Positions 35,329 to 36,963 of a DNA stretch of 36,963 nt are shown here, one piece after another. Under the pieces are notes generated by a model. It was not told the DNA's origin, searched no databases, and saw only the letters and a program-made list of their open reading frames with translations. This DNA comes from a virus (lineage: Duplodnaviria; Heunggongvirae; Uroviricota; Caudoviricetes), in the IMG/VR virus record IMGVR_UViG_2563366920_000001; one strand, written 5' to 3'. The stretch's first letter is position 1, and each line of letters starts with the position of its first letter. The translations under genes and the position numbers were made by a program.

Positions 35329-35903
35329 CAAACGATGATTACATCCGTCTGTTGTCGGCACTGTTGCCACCCGGTCCGGCGTGGTCAGCCAGAGATCCGG
35401 CGATTGCCGGTGCGGCACCGTCATTAACCCGCGTTCATCAGCGTGCGGATGCCCTGATGCGGGAGCTGGATCCGCGCACCACTACTGAACTGATAAACCG
35501 CTGGGAGCGTCTGTGCGGTCTGCCGGATGAATGTATTCCCGCAGGGACACAGACCCTTCGCCAGCGTCAGCAACGACTGGATGCGAAGGTTAACCTGGCG
35601 GGCGGCATCAATGAGGATTTTTACCTTGCACAGCTTGCTGCCCTGGGCAGACCAGACGCTACCATCACGCGATACGACAAAAGCACGTTCACCTGCTCAT
35701 CTGCCTGTACTGACGCGGTGAATGCGCCGGAATGGCGGTATTACTGGCAGGTCAACATGCCAGTCGCCACCAACACCACCTGGATGACATGTGGCGATCC
35801 CTGTGATTCCGCGCTGCGCTTCTGGGGGGACACCGTTGTCGAGTGTGTGCTTAACAAACTCTGCCCGTCGCATACCTATGTGATTTTTAAATATCCGGAG
35901 TAA
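35319..35903 (+). CDS. Tail protein (Mu gp48-like, DUF2313; YmfQ-like)
   Basis: ATG at 35319. 194 aa. Resembles e14 YmfQ-type tail proteins (recollection). Confidence 0.7.
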
Positions 35904-35906
35904 TCC

Positions 35907-36557
35907 ATGCATCGTATAGACACGAAAACCGCGCAGAAGGATAAGTTCGGCGCGGGTAAGAACGGTTTTACCCGTGGTAACCCCCAGACTGGCACGCCTG
36001 CCACCGATCTGGATGATGACTACTTTGACATGTTGCAGGAGGAGCTTTGCAGCGTGGTGGAGGCATCCGGTGCCAGCCTGGAGAAGGGGCGGCACGATCA
36101 GTTGCTTACCGCACTTCGCGCGCTGCTGTTAAGCCGCAAGAATCCGTTTGGCGATATCAAATCGGATGGCACGGTGAAAACGGCTCTCGAAAACCTTGGT
36201 TTGGGAGAAGCAGCTAAAAGGAATGTAGGTACAGGGGCGAATCAGATACCTGATATGAGCCTGTTCGCGTCAAGTAATACCGCAACGGCTGCTGCGCAAA
36301 AATTTCCGTCTGGATTAATTTTACAGTGCGGTCAGTTGAATGGCTCCCCTAATGTATCTTCAACATACGGGATGAGGTTCCCGATGACATTCTCAAGAGT
36401 CCTTGCTGTCACAGTTACATTGAACGTTACTGGCGCGTCAGGGCAGCCGACTGTATCGGCGACAAATGTCCATAACACTGGATTTGATATTACAGTGTCG
36501 CCCGGTTCAGGATATGGTTCATCTGCTGATGCGTATTACATTGCAATGGGATATTAA
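35907..36557 (+). CDS. Tail fibre protein (short, 216 aa) with conserved N-terminus and AT-rich variable C-terminus
   Basis: ATG at 35907 with GGAG. N-terminus [47 protein letters not shown] is the conserved fibre N-terminal domain. Composition switches to AT-rich after about codon 100. Confidence 0.7.
   Translation: MHRIDTKTAQKDKFGAGKNGFTRGNPQTGTPATDLDDDYFDMLQEELCSVVEASGASLEKGRHDQLLTALRALLLSRKNPFGDIKSDGTVKTALENLGLGEAAKRNVGTGANQIPDMSLFASSNTATAAAQKFPSGLILQCGQLNGSPNVSSTYGMRFPMTFSRVLAVTVTLNVTGASGQPTVSATNVHNTGFDITVSPGSGYGSSADAYYIAMGY
36184..36209. promoter_or_regulatory. Candidate DNA-invertase crossover site (hix/gix-like) inside the tail fibre gene
   Basis: CTCTCGAAAACCTTGGTTTGGGAGAA has the AAACC-NN-GGTTT core and left arm TCT(C/T)GAAAACC, similar to hixL TTCTTGAAAACCAAGGTTTTTGATAA as I recall it. 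Coincides with the GC-to-AT switch in the fibre gene. Confidence 0.4.
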
Positions 36558-36561
36558 CGAA

Positions 36562-36963
36562 ATGTCATATTTTTATTCTGCATCGACAAACGGATTTTAT
36601 TCGACTGAATTTCACGGCACCAATATTCCTGATGATGCAGTGGAAATCTCGGAATCAGAGTGGAAAACACTGATTAATTCGCAGAGTGTAACAAAAATGA
36701 TTACCTGTGGTGAGAATGGTCACCCTGTCATTGTTGACCGTCCTTCTCCAACACCAGAACAATTAGCCTTAATAAATAATGAAAAGAAATCTGCACTGAT
36801 AGCAGAGGCAACGAATGTAATAGCGCCGCTTCAGGATGCGGTTGATTTAGATATGGCAACAGATGATGAAACGAAACTGTTACTGGCATGGAAAAAATAT
36901 CGGGTGCTGCTTATGCGTGTTAATGTAGTAAAACCCGAGTGGCCTATGCATCCAAATAAATAG
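36562..36963 (+). CDS. Tail fibre assembly protein (Tfa, 133 aa)
   Basis: ATG at 36562 (ORF track begins upstream at 36466). C-terminus IAPLQDAVDLDMATDDETKLLLAWKKYRVLLMRVN matches the conserved Tfa motif (TfaE-like). Stop at 36961-36963, the last bases of the window. Confidence 0.7.
   Translation: MSYFYSASTNGFYSTEFHGTNIPDDAVEISESEWKTLINSQSVTKMITCGENGHPVIVDRPSPTPEQLALINNEKKSALIAEATNVIAPLQDAVDLDMATDDETKLLLAWKKYRVLLMRVNVVKPEWPMHPNK

Noticed and set aside
1-36963. CRISPR arrays, rRNA genes and additional tRNA genes
   Set aside because: No repeat-spacer periodicity and no rRNA-like sequence. thrW is the only tRNA-like cloverleaf I could find.

Overview
The window spans the junction between host core DNA (complete proA, then tRNA-Thr thrW) and a large mosaic temperate prophage integrated at thrW. 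The prophage runs past the end of the window, so its right end and attR are not in view. Left to right it carries: a P22-type integrase and excisionase; a leftward early operon with an HD-domain YfdR-like protein; a GC-rich structured non-coding island and a convergent pair of small AT-rich genes beside PL; a lambda-style immunity switch (CI, leaderless cI from PRM, divergent PR, Cro, TGTAC-N7-GTACA operators); a replication initiator with embedded iterons; a nin-like region (Dam-type methyltransferase, LexA-like DNA-binding protein, RusA, KilA-N antirepressor); an IS50-like insertion sequence with target-site duplication that splits a DUF968-type gene; a Q antiterminator; an AT-rich opposite-strand moron encoding a 339-aa membrane protein; a small wHTH protein and a second DNA methyltransferase; a lysis cassette; an opposite-strand zinc-ribbon gene; HNH endonuclease and terminase; HK97-type head genes; a Mu-type contractile tail and baseplate with a -1 frameshifted chaperone; and a tail fibre with a candidate invertase crossover site. 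All functional calls rest on my recognition of protein families from the translations and on motifs read directly from the sequence; no database search or folding was run. The best candidates for an undescribed accessory or defence function are the Q-to-lysis moron (13.9-15.2 kb), the PL-proximal island with its small genes (4.07-5.2 kb), and the post-spanin opposite-strand gene (18.1-18.4 kb).
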